A stretch of 64,000 nt of DNA from sequence record MW384823.1. One strand, given 5' to 3'. The position numbers were made by a program, and so were the translations under genes. Under the pieces are notes generated by a model. That model was not told the origin of the DNA. It did not search any database and saw only the letters and a program-made list of their open reading frames with translations. Below, piece after piece: positions 24,121 through 34,321 of this stretch. The number at the start of each line of letters is the position of its first letter. The first letter of the stretch is position 1.

Positions 24121-25273
24121 ATCCTCCGTGGCTCAGGCCATTGAGAAGATTTACAACGTCCCACCCAAACCGCTGGATGTGAAACGCATCTTGGTGTTGA
24201 GTGATTTGCATTTGTTGCATAAGCGGGTGCCGACATGGCATCTGGTGAATGTGACCAAAACTCTCATCATCAAAGCCGGTGATACCCTCGATGCTATTTA
24301 TATAGCAGGCGACCTCTTTGAGGATTCGCGACAACTGCGCCAGACTGACTCCCAAGAAGCTATGGGATTCTTGTCGTGGTTGTTACAGCACTGCAAGGCG
24401 AACAACATCGCCCTGCGTGTTGTCGAGGGTACCCCATCGCACGACCATGGTCAGTCGAAGGTCATTGTGGAATTGAACGAAGCCATCGGCGCGGACGCGC
24501 TGTATTTAGATGGTATCGGAATCTTCTACGACCCGGCGATTCAGGCCACGGTAGGTTGGGTGCAGGATGAGTACAAAGACCGTATTGCGGCGAACACCGA
24601 AGCCGAAATGGCGGAGCTGATGGCAACGCGTGGGTTGGAGAAAGTTGACTTCTTCTTCATGCACGGCTGCTTTACGTTCCAGTTACCGGTGGAATCTCCC
24701 CGTTCGTTCAATGAAAGTTTTTGGATTCCACGAACGCGTCTCGGTATTTATATCGGACACGACCACCGTGAGAAGATTCACGACCTGATACGCGTCACCG
24801 GAAGCGTTGATAGGTTGTCACAAGGTGAGGAAGAAGACAAAGGGATGACCCTTGTTGATTTCACGCCGACGCTCGCAAGGAACTATTTCCTTGTGAATAC
24901 CGAAGCCTGTCCACAGCGTTCTGTGGCAGCAAGCTTAGACCATGAGGCGCAGTACGCCAAGTGTCTGGCTGCGTTGGAGTATATCGATACCCACGTCTCA
25001 TCGGCCATCGGCCGGTTTAAAGTGGAATACTATCGAGACTCTCCTATCGAGGAGCACATCAACCGCTGGAAGCGTGAGTACCCATTCCACATCGAGGGAG
25101 TGCGTATTAACACCGACGAGGAAGAGAAGGCACTCGAAGCTGTGTTCTCCACAGAAACTATTGCGGATGAACGCATCGGCCCCGACAATGTTGAGGCCGT
25201 GATGTTGAGCGGACTCGAAGGTCAGCAATATGACTTAGAGGTTGTATCCGACGTCATTAGGAGCATTGCATGA
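24104..25273 (+). CDS. SbcD/Mre11-like metallophosphoesterase nuclease
   Basis: SDLH, AGDLFE, EGTPSHD, MHG, GHDH calcineurin-like motifs. Confidence 0.88.
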   Translation: MVKTSKSSVAQAIEKIYNVPPKPLDVKRILVLSDLHLLHKRVPTWHLVNVTKTLIIKAGDTLDAIYIAGDLFEDSRQLRQTDSQEAMGFLSWLLQHCKANNIALRVVEGTPSHDHGQSKVIVELNEAIGADALYLDGIGIFYDPAIQATVGWVQDEYKDRIAANTEAEMAELMATRGLEKVDFFFMHGCFTFQLPVESPRSFNESFWIPRTRLGIYIGHDHREKIHDLIRVTGSVDRLSQGEEEDKGMTLVDFTPTLARNYFLVNTEACPQRSVAASLDHEAQYAKCLAALEYIDTHVSSAIGRFKVEYYRDSPIEEHINRWKREYPFHIEGVRINTDEEEKALEAVFSTETIADERIGPDNVEAVMLSGLEGQQYDLEVVSDVIRSIA

Positions 25274-26115
25274 GAACCCCAATAAGCGTTGATCGTGTAT
25301 TTGGGAACTATCAGATGTCAATCGCCACTTCACTGGCGATGGAAGGTTTACTCCATACGGGCGAATATGCCGACTGGAAAGGCAAGCTGCCCATCCATGA
25401 GTATCAGGAAATTTATCTGAATCTCCGTACGTTGTTCCGTAATGCATTTTACGCATTCGAAGATAATCGTGAAAGATTAACTGCTGACGTTTTAAGAACT
25501 TGTGTCGAAGAAGATATAGAACAATTCACTGCCACCGCTGCGGCGGTGGCCCCCACGGTGGTATGTGTCCCTTATATCTGTCTCTACAAATCGGCCAATA
25601 AGCAGTTCCCTCTCGCGAAGTTCCGTAATGCGTTAGGTGGCGACGAAACAATGACCCCGAATCAGGCGTTCTTCAATTCCGTTGAGCAGGATTTGTATCA
25701 CATGCTCACGAACGAAGAGACGGGGATGGAAAACCTTCTGGCATTTGATGTGTTTCCAAAGAACAACAAAGACACCCTGTTGTTAACGCACTACCCAGCT
25801 GATCTTGTCCACAAAGAGCGGTTCCCTAAACTGGGTCTGCTCGAATCCCACAGCGGGAAGGTAAAGAAACAACTGGAGTGGTATACGAAGATGTACAACA
25901 AGCCGAAGCAGATACCGTTTAACAAAGCGTTTCTGACTCTGTTTGGTGACCAATACATGTTCGCGCCACAGGACAGAAAAATCCGTAACGTGTTACTGAA
26001 AACAGCTGAGAAATACAACTGGGATCAGACCACGTCGATGGACCGTATCTACAACTGCCTGAAGTTGGTCAACGAGCCGCACGTTATTGATTACCTGCGC
26101 AAATTGAGCCACTAA
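25270..26115 (+). CDS. conserved core protein, possible PIN/5'-3' nuclease-like fold (phiKZ gp66-like)
   Basis: 281 aa, coupled to SbcD-like gene; function from synteny only. Confidence 0.6.
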   Translation: MRTPISVDRVFGNYQMSIATSLAMEGLLHTGEYADWKGKLPIHEYQEIYLNLRTLFRNAFYAFEDNRERLTADVLRTCVEEDIEQFTATAAAVAPTVVCVPYICLYKSANKQFPLAKFRNALGGDETMTPNQAFFNSVEQDLYHMLTNEETGMENLLAFDVFPKNNKDTLLLTHYPADLVHKERFPKLGLLESHSGKVKKQLEWYTKMYNKPKQIPFNKAFLTLFGDQYMFAPQDRKIRNVLLKTAEKYNWDQTTSMDRIYNCLKLVNEPHVIDYLRKLSH

Positions 26116-26177
26116 CTTTTTACACCACCGGGGTATCCTTTGAGGATACCCAAACATTTTAATTGAAGGACGCCAAC

Positions 26178-26840
26178 ATGGCCATGATCAACAAAGAACT
26201 CTTTAACGACAAATGGTGCTACCCGCAGACCGAACCTGATAATCAGGGCAACACACGTAAGCTGGGTATCGAGCCAAACTTCTTTAAAGACTCGCCCGAT
26301 TGCGAAGGTCTGAAGTTCAGCTACTCATTCGGTAAAGGCGAAGGCGTTTATTACAACCTCGGCCCGACCATGTGTCAGGTGCTGGTTGATGCTCTGCAAG
26401 ACATCCTGAAGAAGTCTGAAAAAGACGTCCTCAGTCTGCCGTTCTCCGGCGGTAATAAAGGTACCATCACGCTGTCTGTTGGCCGTGGTGATGACCTGAT
26501 TCCGTTCATGGCGATTGGCGGTGAAATTAATGGTCAGCGTCGCACGAAGAAGTTCTTCTTCACCACACCGAAAGGTTACGGTATCGTGCGCAACGGTACG
26601 CCGGTGTCTGATCTCGAAAATGCGGAACGCATGTGTCGCGCCTTTATTGGTCGCTTCCATAAGTTCCAAGAGTGGCTGGATGACAGCTACAAGAAGCGCG
26701 AATGGAATCAGAATGGCGGCGGTCGTCAGGGTAGCGGTGGTTACAATCGTCAAGGCGGTGGTAACAACAACGGCTATCAGGGCGGCGGCAACCAGAACTC
26801 TGCTCCGGCAGCAACGGACAATTTTGACGACTACGTTTAA
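26178..26840 (+). CDS. chmC: ChmC-like nucleic-acid-binding protein (phiKZ gp67-like)
   Basis: Globular N-domain, G/N/Q-rich disordered tail and acidic end; immediately upstream of sigma-like and PicA genes. Confidence 0.68.
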   Translation: MAMINKELFNDKWCYPQTEPDNQGNTRKLGIEPNFFKDSPDCEGLKFSYSFGKGEGVYYNLGPTMCQVLVDALQDILKKSEKDVLSLPFSGGNKGTITLSVGRGDDLIPFMAIGGEINGQRRTKKFFFTTPKGYGIVRNGTPVSDLENAERMCRAFIGRFHKFQEWLDDSYKKREWNQNGGGRQGSGGYNRQGGGNNNGYQGGGNQNSAPAATDNFDDYV

Positions 26841-26959
26841 CTAAAATAATGCCCACGGGACAACCCGTGGGCTTAGGACGATTATGTGTTCCGGTTGCAT
26901 TCGATTCCTTTTTAGATAGATTTTATCGTCGTGCTAATAACAATCGGGGTTTCGCGATA

Positions 26960-28585
26960 ATGAAAATTGTAAAGAATAAAGAGATTATTACTATCAGCCA
27001 CAATGGGGAGGAAGTCCGGTTTGACCAGATTCCGACCCAGCGTAAACGGCAGGGTCCCGAGCCGCGTGATAGTAAGGGTGTCGTGTTAACAGCAGACCGT
27101 TTGCTGTTCAGTGAACTGAATCGTTATTGGGGTACGCTGACTCAGGCGGAACAAGACGAGCTGTTCGGGGCTTATACGTTGTTGTCGGAATTGGCAGTAG
27201 AAGGCGATGAGGTTATAAGCGAGCATGCACCGAAGGTCATGGAAATCATCGCGAAACACCACAAAGCCGAACGTTTCAGAGAGCTGTATCCGCTGAAGAA
27301 CGTGTTCATCCCGCAGAAGCTACATGCCTCGATTGCAGACATGTCACCGAACTACACGGAGTCCATGACGTACTTTGTCCCGGACTATTATCACCTGATG
27401 ATTTTGACGTTGTTAATCAAACCGTTTATTCCGGTGTTTGCGGTACTTGGGGCATACGTGGCAGGTAAAGGTATCTCGCAGGAAGCTAAGCGTAAGGTTG
27501 TGTACAAAATCAACCTCGCGTTCGACCTGCTGTCCGATACTGAAATCCGCCAGTCCGAAGCCGTTCAGAAGCTGGAGTTGTTCTTACCGAGTCTGGTCGA
27601 GAAGTTCCAGAAAGAGATGAGTAACCGTGGCTCAGGTACCAGCCTGTCAATCCTGTCATCCGTTATGGGTTACGGGTCTGACATGATGGATGAATACCTG
27701 TTGTCGTTGACGATTGTTCGTCTACTGGCATTGCGTCCGTGCTATTGCGATTTCCCAGACGGGTCACTGGAAGACAGCTCTATCGTCTCCAGCATCTATT
27801 TTGGTATTCGTACCGAAGTGGAATCCGGCTTTGCAAACCGCATCGCAGGCCAGCAGGTTATCCTGAAACAACATCCGACTGCCGTGGTGTTTAATGGGGA
27901 AAAGGGGAAGGTCAGTGCCATCGACTTAGTACAAGGTCGTAGCCCTGCACCAATAAAGGAGTACGTGCGTCCGGGCATGACGTTTAAGGATTACCGTCGT
28001 TTCATCAAAACGTCCGGTTATGATATTGCGCCAGCCAATGCGAAGTGCCTGATTGATTCGCAGATCGCTAATCACACGGGCCCGACGTATGAACTGCACG
28101 AATGGCTTGCTGCTGCTGCCCTGCATCGCTTTGCTGACCATCGGTCATTCAAAGATATCGATCCAGACAAGTTCCCGTACGGGGTGGGTCTTGCTCAGGC
28201 CATTTACCTGTACTACGGAATGCCGCAGTTAGCTCAGCTGCTCAGTTGTGAAATGTTGCCGGGGAATATCAGTGGCTATCCGATCGAACCAATCGACAGC
28301 GAACTGAAAATATCTACAGATAGATATTATCCTCAGGCATACCGTTCACCCCGTAACGAAACACAGGAGAGTATCGTTCGCACATCGTTAGAGTTGTTGG
28401 TGCGTAATCACCTGAACCCGTATCACTTCCACCTCAAAGCGTCTCCAGAAGCCGCCGAGCTGTTGAAGTGTGGGCCGGATATCCCGAACTATCGACCACA
28501 CGGTCGTATCCTCACGCAGTTAACTGAGTTCTTAGCGATTCAAGCTCGCCAGAAAGTCAGTGAAGTAAAATGGTTTAATTCATAA
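26960..28585 (+). CDS. nvRNAP promoter-specificity (sigma-like) subunit (phiKZ gp68-like)
   Basis: Start MKIVKNK; about 540 aa; synteny ChmC-gp68-PicA-gp70-beta. Confidence 0.72.
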   Translation: MKIVKNKEIITISHNGEEVRFDQIPTQRKRQGPEPRDSKGVVLTADRLLFSELNRYWGTLTQAEQDELFGAYTLLSELAVEGDEVISEHAPKVMEIIAKHHKAERFRELYPLKNVFIPQKLHASIADMSPNYTESMTYFVPDYYHLMILTLLIKPFIPVFAVLGAYVAGKGISQEAKRKVVYKINLAFDLLSDTEIRQSEAVQKLELFLPSLVEKFQKEMSNRGSGTSLSILSSVMGYGSDMMDEYLLSLTIVRLLALRPCYCDFPDGSLEDSSIVSSIYFGIRTEVESGFANRIAGQQVILKQHPTAVVFNGEKGKVSAIDLVQGRSPAPIKEYVRPGMTFKDYRRFIKTSGYDIAPANAKCLIDSQIANHTGPTYELHEWLAAAALHRFADHRSFKDIDPDKFPYGVGLAQAIYLYYGMPQLAQLLSCEMLPGNISGYPIEPIDSELKISTDRYYPQAYRSPRNETQESIVRTSLELLVRNHLNPYHFHLKASPEAAELLKCGPDIPNYRPHGRILTQLTEFLAIQARQKVSEVKWFNS

Positions 28586-28596
28586 GGAGAATCAAG

Positions 28597-30294
28597 ATGT
28601 TATTACGCGACTTACAGTTATTCCCAGTACGTGAAATCCCACAGCAGTACCGTCGTCGTATCGCGTTCAACGCCACGACCGGTGCACTCGGCGAGTTGTC
28701 TGAAATCATCGAAGAGAATGGCCAATCTGCTTCGGGTACGCAGGCGTACCAAGATTCACTCAGTAACATCGTGGGCTTTGATGGCACACCGGACGGTTTC
28801 GAACGTCCGTTGGTTAACATCTCCGGCGATGACAGAAATATCCAACCCTTCCAGTACGAAAACCGCGACACCGGCCTGTATAACTTCGTGGCTGTACTGG
28901 TGGCAAACCCGATTAACGACACCCGATCTCAGGAGTTGCGTTATATCGTAACTGGTTATACCTCGCAGGCAGAACAAAGCCTGTTCGGTAACCTGCCAAA
29001 TGACATGGTGTTGTACATCAACGAAATTCATGGCATGCAAACGGTCTATGACCGTACGCCACTGGGTGAGCGGGTTATCAACCCGAACGGTTTTAAGATG
29101 GTGGACAACTTGGTACTCTCGCGTGCATTGGCGACGCAGGGTTATCATGAGTCCAGCATCAACGCCATCACCATCAGCAAGACTGCTGACATGATTAAGA
29201 AGATGAACCTCAACCCGGACGAGAAGTTCATGCCGAACGAGGATGAGATTTATGCACCGACCGCCACAGCCGCCCCGACGCTGCTTGCGGGCCAGCTTAG
29301 CCAACCTGAGAACTTCGTGACCGCCATCTCAAACTCCTATCTCCGCACCATGGGGATGGACAATGAGCTGACGCAAGTCGAAAGCTTCTTTGAAGGCACA
29401 GGCGGCAGTAATGTTGAGAGCGATCTCAACTCGCTGGGTGTGGTGCGTAACTTCTCGAACTACGACCTGATTAAAGCGTTCCGTCAGGCGCTGACCAATT
29501 CACTGGGCAGCTCAGCAGACGGGTACAACGTTTCATCAAAGGCGCAGTTCCGTCTGGACGATCTCAAAGCCGCGGTGGCTAACCCGGATGAAATCGATCG
29601 GCAGATTGTGGCGTCACTTGATCTCGCGCGTAAGTTGGGATTGGGTGAAATCGAACAGACCGACCAGTGGATTGGCCATAACGGTTATTCCACCATGGGC
29701 TCTCTGGTGTCGTACGAACTGGCTATGCAGATGGGTGCGATTCTGTCGCGTAACCTCGTAAGCCGTGTAAGCTTCGACTTCGACAACCGCCACAGTGACT
29801 TCTTGACTCCGGCGCACTTAACCGTTCACAGTGATTCTATCTACTCACTAAGCGACCGTCAGTTACCGCGCGTACTGGCAGAACGCTTCGAACGTGATAT
29901 TCATGCGATGTTTGTCAAGGTAACCAAGCACAACCATATTCGCTGCCACATCCGCGTACATGCCCTGCTGGGTACGGTCACGCGTATTGAGGTGCTCATG
30001 GACGGTGAAACCGCCAAAGAGTTCTTCACGTATGCGTCGTTCATGTCTTCTCGTCTGCACAACGGTAACACCACCAGTCTGGCTTATACCAGCCGTCTGG
30101 CGAATGATACCTCGAAGCTGATGAAAGCCATCGAAACGGGCTATCATGGCCACAGCACTGCCAGCAACCGCAGCAACATCATTACCTCCGCACCGTCATC
30201 ACCAAATGCGTTCCGCACGGGGAACTCATTGTTAGATGATGATACCCCGGCAGCAGGCATTCGCCTTGGTACCGGCAACAGCCTGTTAGATTAA
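28597..30294 (+). CDS. picA: phage-nucleus protein import factor PicA/Imp1 (phiKZ gp69-like)
   Basis: 565 aa, AAGGAG RBS; identity from conserved synteny. Confidence 0.68.
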   Translation: MLLRDLQLFPVREIPQQYRRRIAFNATTGALGELSEIIEENGQSASGTQAYQDSLSNIVGFDGTPDGFERPLVNISGDDRNIQPFQYENRDTGLYNFVAVLVANPINDTRSQELRYIVTGYTSQAEQSLFGNLPNDMVLYINEIHGMQTVYDRTPLGERVINPNGFKMVDNLVLSRALATQGYHESSINAITISKTADMIKKMNLNPDEKFMPNEDEIYAPTATAAPTLLAGQLSQPENFVTAISNSYLRTMGMDNELTQVESFFEGTGGSNVESDLNSLGVVRNFSNYDLIKAFRQALTNSLGSSADGYNVSSKAQFRLDDLKAAVANPDEIDRQIVASLDLARKLGLGEIEQTDQWIGHNGYSTMGSLVSYELAMQMGAILSRNLVSRVSFDFDNRHSDFLTPAHLTVHSDSIYSLSDRQLPRVLAERFERDIHAMFVKVTKHNHIRCHIRVHALLGTVTRIEVLMDGETAKEFFTYASFMSSRLHNGNTTSLAYTSRLANDTSKLMKAIETGYHGHSTASNRSNIITSAPSSPNAFRTGNSLLDDDTPAAGIRLGTGNSLLD

Positions 30295-30303
30295 GGATAA
30301 ACA

Positions 30304-31671
30304 ATGCACATCATTAAGTTTTATCAATCCATGTTGGAATCGCTTGGGTTCAATCGTGACGGTGACCTGTTGGTCTACGCGGACGATGGTACTCCGGCGT
30401 ATTTCACCTACAACAAAGAGAAGCGCCGTCTGGTGCTTCCTACCAACGCCATGATTAAAGCGGGCATGGAAGATGCGAACGGCAAAGAATGCCACGCCTT
30501 CCATCCGCTGTGTGAATCTGTACTGACCGGGGAATCGGGCACCATCCGCTTCCTCAAACGTGCGATTCGCATGCGTCTGTGGATGAACAGCTTCGATCTC
30601 ATCGATGCGATTCTCGATGCCGCAGCCGAAGGCAAAACCATCAAGCAGGCGTCTTACAAGAAGTTCATGACGGATGTTATCTGTCAGGGCATCAAAGACC
30701 CTAAGCTGGATGACAAGTTGCGTTCGGCGTGGGTTACGCTGCGTAACCACATGATGGAAACGGAGAACAAGAAGCAAACCAACTTGTTCATCGCCTCCGA
30801 CATGTCTATCGAGGGTGTGAAGTATGTCCGCGTGGCAAACTTCAAACACATCTTTGAAGAAGAGTCGTACGACGATACCGCAACCTACTTCGGGGTGAAG
30901 TTACCGCGTAAGCAGGATAAGGTGATTCTGCATCGCCTGCTAACGACTGTGTTTGGCTGGTATCCGAGCATGTGCGGTTCTAACGATAACCGTCCGTACT
31001 TCGGCTGTATGGCACGCGGCTGGGCACAATGGGTCATGAACTACAACAACGTAGTGAAAGCCCTGCGTGAACACTGCGCACTGAAACCGCTGAGTGATGA
31101 ATGGATTGGTCAGCTGGACGAACTCCAGCAATACGACAACGTGATTCAAACGCTGCCGTATAACACCGGTTCCTCATCCAAAGACCCGGAACGTGATACC
31201 ACGGCGCGTGAGTATAGCGTAACGCCAACCGCCCCGAGCCGTTCAGTTGATCTGTTAGCCTCCGAGCAGAACAAGCCTGAGCAAGGTAGTCTGGAAGCGT
31301 TCTTCGACAAAGCGTTACCGAAGACGGTCAGCTCTACCGGATTGGATATCAGCCGACTGACCCCTGCCCAGCAGAGGTCGCTGCGTGAGAACGGACATCT
31401 TAACGGAACGTCCGACCAATCTATCGTGGGTAAATCTCTGTCTGAAGCCATGGGCCAAGCACCGCGTAACCCACTGGGTCTGACGTCTGAGATTGATCGC
31501 CGTAGCCTGTTATCAACCAGCACCGCAAGTGGGTTGTCTAACGGCGGTAACTCGCTGCTGGATGATGCACCGCCGCGTCTGGGTGGACTGGCTGGCGTGA
31601 GTGGCGGGTCAAGTGGCCCACGTCTGGGTGGTATCGATCCAACGAAACCGAAAGACGGGTTCCACTGGTAA
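30304..31671 (+). CDS. conserved core protein (phiKZ gp70-like) with disordered C-terminus
   Basis: 455 aa; FHPLCES motif; synteny. Confidence 0.75.
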   Translation: MHIIKFYQSMLESLGFNRDGDLLVYADDGTPAYFTYNKEKRRLVLPTNAMIKAGMEDANGKECHAFHPLCESVLTGESGTIRFLKRAIRMRLWMNSFDLIDAILDAAAEGKTIKQASYKKFMTDVICQGIKDPKLDDKLRSAWVTLRNHMMETENKKQTNLFIASDMSIEGVKYVRVANFKHIFEEESYDDTATYFGVKLPRKQDKVILHRLLTTVFGWYPSMCGSNDNRPYFGCMARGWAQWVMNYNNVVKALREHCALKPLSDEWIGQLDELQQYDNVIQTLPYNTGSSSKDPERDTTAREYSVTPTAPSRSVDLLASEQNKPEQGSLEAFFDKALPKTVSSTGLDISRLTPAQQRSLRENGHLNGTSDQSIVGKSLSEAMGQAPRNPLGLTSEIDRRSLLSTSTASGLSNGGNSLLDDAPPRLGGLAGVSGGSSGPRLGGIDPTKPKDGFHW

Positions 31672-31712
31672 AAAAATAAAAGAAGGAAGGGACCGAAGTC
31701 CCTTCTTTTTTT
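31670..31712. terminator. bidirectional intrinsic terminator
   Basis: GAAGGGAC-CGAA-GTCCCTTC flanked by A- and T-tracts. Confidence 0.85.
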
Positions 31713-31713
31713 G

Positions 31714-32037
31714 TCAGGTGGTGATGGTGTTCAATACGTTCTCCACAACCACCGGCGATGGAATACGGAGCACCGGGTATTTTTCCGGCGTGAAGTCCAT
31801 CGGGTTTGATATCCCATTAATGAGCATAATGGGGTAAACTTGATTATCCTGAATCTCGGCAAGTTTGCAGTATGCATAGAAGCTATGTATTTCTGGCCAT
31901 GCAAACTCTGCCTTTGTCGGGACATCCGTTGTCTCAGGATGATTCCGAAAGTATTCAGTGTAGTCTTGCATTAGTTTGCGACGTTGACTATCGAGCGAAG
32001 GTATAACTTCACCGAGAGTGATCGAGCTGATAAGCAT
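31714..32037 (-). CDS. small LysM/T4 gp53-like protein
   Basis: AAGGAG RBS before ATG 32037; YPIMLINGISNPMDF...LRIP pattern. Confidence 0.6.
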   Translation of the reverse strand: MLISSITLGEVIPSLDSQRRKLMQDYTEYFRNHPETTDVPTKAEFAWPEIHSFYAYCKLAEIQDNQVYPIMLINGISNPMDFTPEKYPVLRIPSPVVVENVLNTITT

Positions 32038-32065
32038 GAGGTCTCCTTGAAAAGATCTACGAATA

Positions 32066-32081
32066 TATATTATCTCGGTGA
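32066..32081 (+). promoter_or_regulatory. early-type promoter of nvRNAP beta/beta' genes
   Basis: TATATTATC-TCG-GTGA. Confidence 0.72.
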
Positions 32082-32107
32082 AGTAACCAAGAAGGAGTAT
32101 TAAAGCA

Positions 32108-34321
32108 ATGAGCATGCCCGTACAATTAGTCGGTACCCACGCCGACCGTGAGTATTTGATTCGTAACCAATCGGGTGCGCGTGCATCGATGGTAGGTGGC
32201 CATATGAAATCGGCCGCGCCTATCGACCACCCAACCCCGATGTTCCATTTTACCGGTGCGGATTCAAACTACCACGACGTCCTCTTCAATGACATTGTTG
32301 AAGATTCAGGTAGCGTTTGTATCTATAACGATAATGGCACACACAAAAGAGCGGTGTTCACACGTCACGCCCAAATCGGCAGTGGCTCTCCGCTAGAGCA
32401 TGCAATTTTCTTTCGTCGCAGTGAAACCAGTCCTGGCATGTTGAATAAGCCTGTCATGGATGTTATTGAAATAAACCACTATACTTCGCACGATAACGTC
32501 TTCACTTCGGAGAAGCGTATCACCGATAAACTTCGGGCGATCTTACGTGGTGAAACCACCGTGCTGGAAAAGGATGAAATCCTGACCGAGATGAACTGTA
32601 TGATGAACGGGGAATTTGTTGACGGCGTTGCGCTGCCAACAGTGACCATGTCGCATCCGGATATCATCGAGGATTCCTACACGATTTCGAAAACCGCCGC
32701 CGCGTTAATGCACGCCTATGGATTCAAAGAAATCTGGACGTCATTGCGCGAAGACGAGTTCTTGCTGGATACGTACGGCTACGACACACCGAACGGTCGT
32801 GTGCCGCAGTATTTCCCGAACGTGGGACAGGCAATCCGTGATGATGGTTTGGTAATCGCCACGCGTCAATTTGACCCGTTGTACGCGGCTATCAATGCAT
32901 CTATCGGTGAGCTACAGCATGTCTCGCCACACTTTGACCATTGTGAATACGTTGACGCTGATCCGAAGCACTATGAAAACCCAACGGATGAAAACGGTTC
33001 ACGGGTGATTGACATTCAGGTGTGGCGTGATGATGTCAGCTTTAGCAATGGCAACAACAACATCAAAGCAACCGAAGAGAACAAACGTGTTCTCGACTCG
33101 TATGCTGTGGCGTTGAAAGACTACTACCGCGAAATCGTTCGCTTCTACTTCCTCGTGAAAGATGATGTGGTGTGGTCACCAAAAGCCTGTGAGTTCTTAG
33201 AGAAAGCGTTCGCCTCTGAAACTCACGAAGTGTACCAAGAGTTCCGCGAAGAGATTCGTGGTGTGGTTGAAGCAGCGGTACGCCGTGGTGAGTATAAGAA
33301 AGACACCATGGAAACCAAAATCATCAACCGTATCAACCGCCCGGTGGAACGTTCTCTGCGCGACCCTATCAACACGTACACCATCAAGATTGTGGTGCGC
33401 TATCCGATCCCGGTCACTGTCTCGTCCAAGATTACGGACTTGTCAGGTACGAAAGGTATCGTTGGCGAAGTGAAAGAAGACGAAGACATGCCCATCAACG
33501 AATTTGGACAACGTGTCCATTCCATTCGTTCGATGAACGCCGTGGTTCGTCGCTCAACGTATTCTGCTCTGTTCCACATGTATTGGTCGGCTGCGTCTGA
33601 ACAACTCAAGATGCGCTTAAAGCCAATGCTGGATGCAGGTAAGGTGAATGAATCGTGGAATATCCTGATGGATTATCTCGCACGGTACAATCCCGATTGG
33701 GCAAACTGTCTGAACGTGACGCACGATACGCATCAGAAACGCTTGGAACTCTTCAAAGAGATCTACGACTTCACGATACGTATCTGGCTACCGCACGAGC
33801 TGGACAATACGCCGATTGGTATCACCAAAGCGCTGGGTGAATTTGCACCGAAGAAATCCCGCCTCCAAATCACCAACTACCAAGGTGAGAAGGAGTGGAC
33901 GAAGAATGAATTCTACGTGGGTAATGTCATGACCTTGCGTCTTGACAAAACCGGCCGTGAGTTCTCGTCTATCTCTTCGATGCACACGAACTATCTGGGT
34001 TGCATTGATGCGTCGGGCCAAGGGCGTGGGTCTTATCCCATTAACTACAGTCCGAAGAAGTGGGGTGGTGAAGCAGAACACCGACTGACGGATGGCTACG
34101 GCCAAGGTCTGTTCGATGAAGCGCATAACCGTTCCAACTGCCCAGATGTCCATCGTCAGATTGTTGAAGGGAAGTATGCATCCGATACCCCAAGTAATCC
34201 GGGTGTGTTGGTTGACCGTGAACGTTACCCGCTGGGTGAATCGCAAGTGGATAAAATGATCGACAATATACACCGCTGTGAAGGGTTTGTGTTAGTGCGC
34301 CCCGTTCGGGAGGATAATTGA
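32108..34321 (+). CDS. nvRNAP beta C-terminal subunit (phiKZ gp71/73-like, uninterrupted)
   Basis: SKITDLSGTKGIV, WGGEAEHR beta-like motifs. Confidence 0.88.
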   Translation: MSMPVQLVGTHADREYLIRNQSGARASMVGGHMKSAAPIDHPTPMFHFTGADSNYHDVLFNDIVEDSGSVCIYNDNGTHKRAVFTRHAQIGSGSPLEHAIFFRRSETSPGMLNKPVMDVIEINHYTSHDNVFTSEKRITDKLRAILRGETTVLEKDEILTEMNCMMNGEFVDGVALPTVTMSHPDIIEDSYTISKTAAALMHAYGFKEIWTSLREDEFLLDTYGYDTPNGRVPQYFPNVGQAIRDDGLVIATRQFDPLYAAINASIGELQHVSPHFDHCEYVDADPKHYENPTDENGSRVIDIQVWRDDVSFSNGNNNIKATEENKRVLDSYAVALKDYYREIVRFYFLVKDDVVWSPKACEFLEKAFASETHEVYQEFREEIRGVVEAAVRRGEYKKDTMETKIINRINRPVERSLRDPINTYTIKIVVRYPIPVTVSSKITDLSGTKGIVGEVKEDEDMPINEFGQRVHSIRSMNAVVRRSTYSALFHMYWSAASEQLKMRLKPMLDAGKVNESWNILMDYLARYNPDWANCLNVTHDTHQKRLELFKEIYDFTIRIWLPHELDNTPIGITKALGEFAPKKSRLQITNYQGEKEWTKNEFYVGNVMTLRLDKTGREFSSISSMHTNYLGCIDASGQGRGSYPINYSPKKWGGEAEHRLTDGYGQGLFDEAHNRSNCPDVHRQIVEGKYASDTPSNPGVLVDRERYPLGESQVDKMIDNIHRCEGFVLVRPVREDN

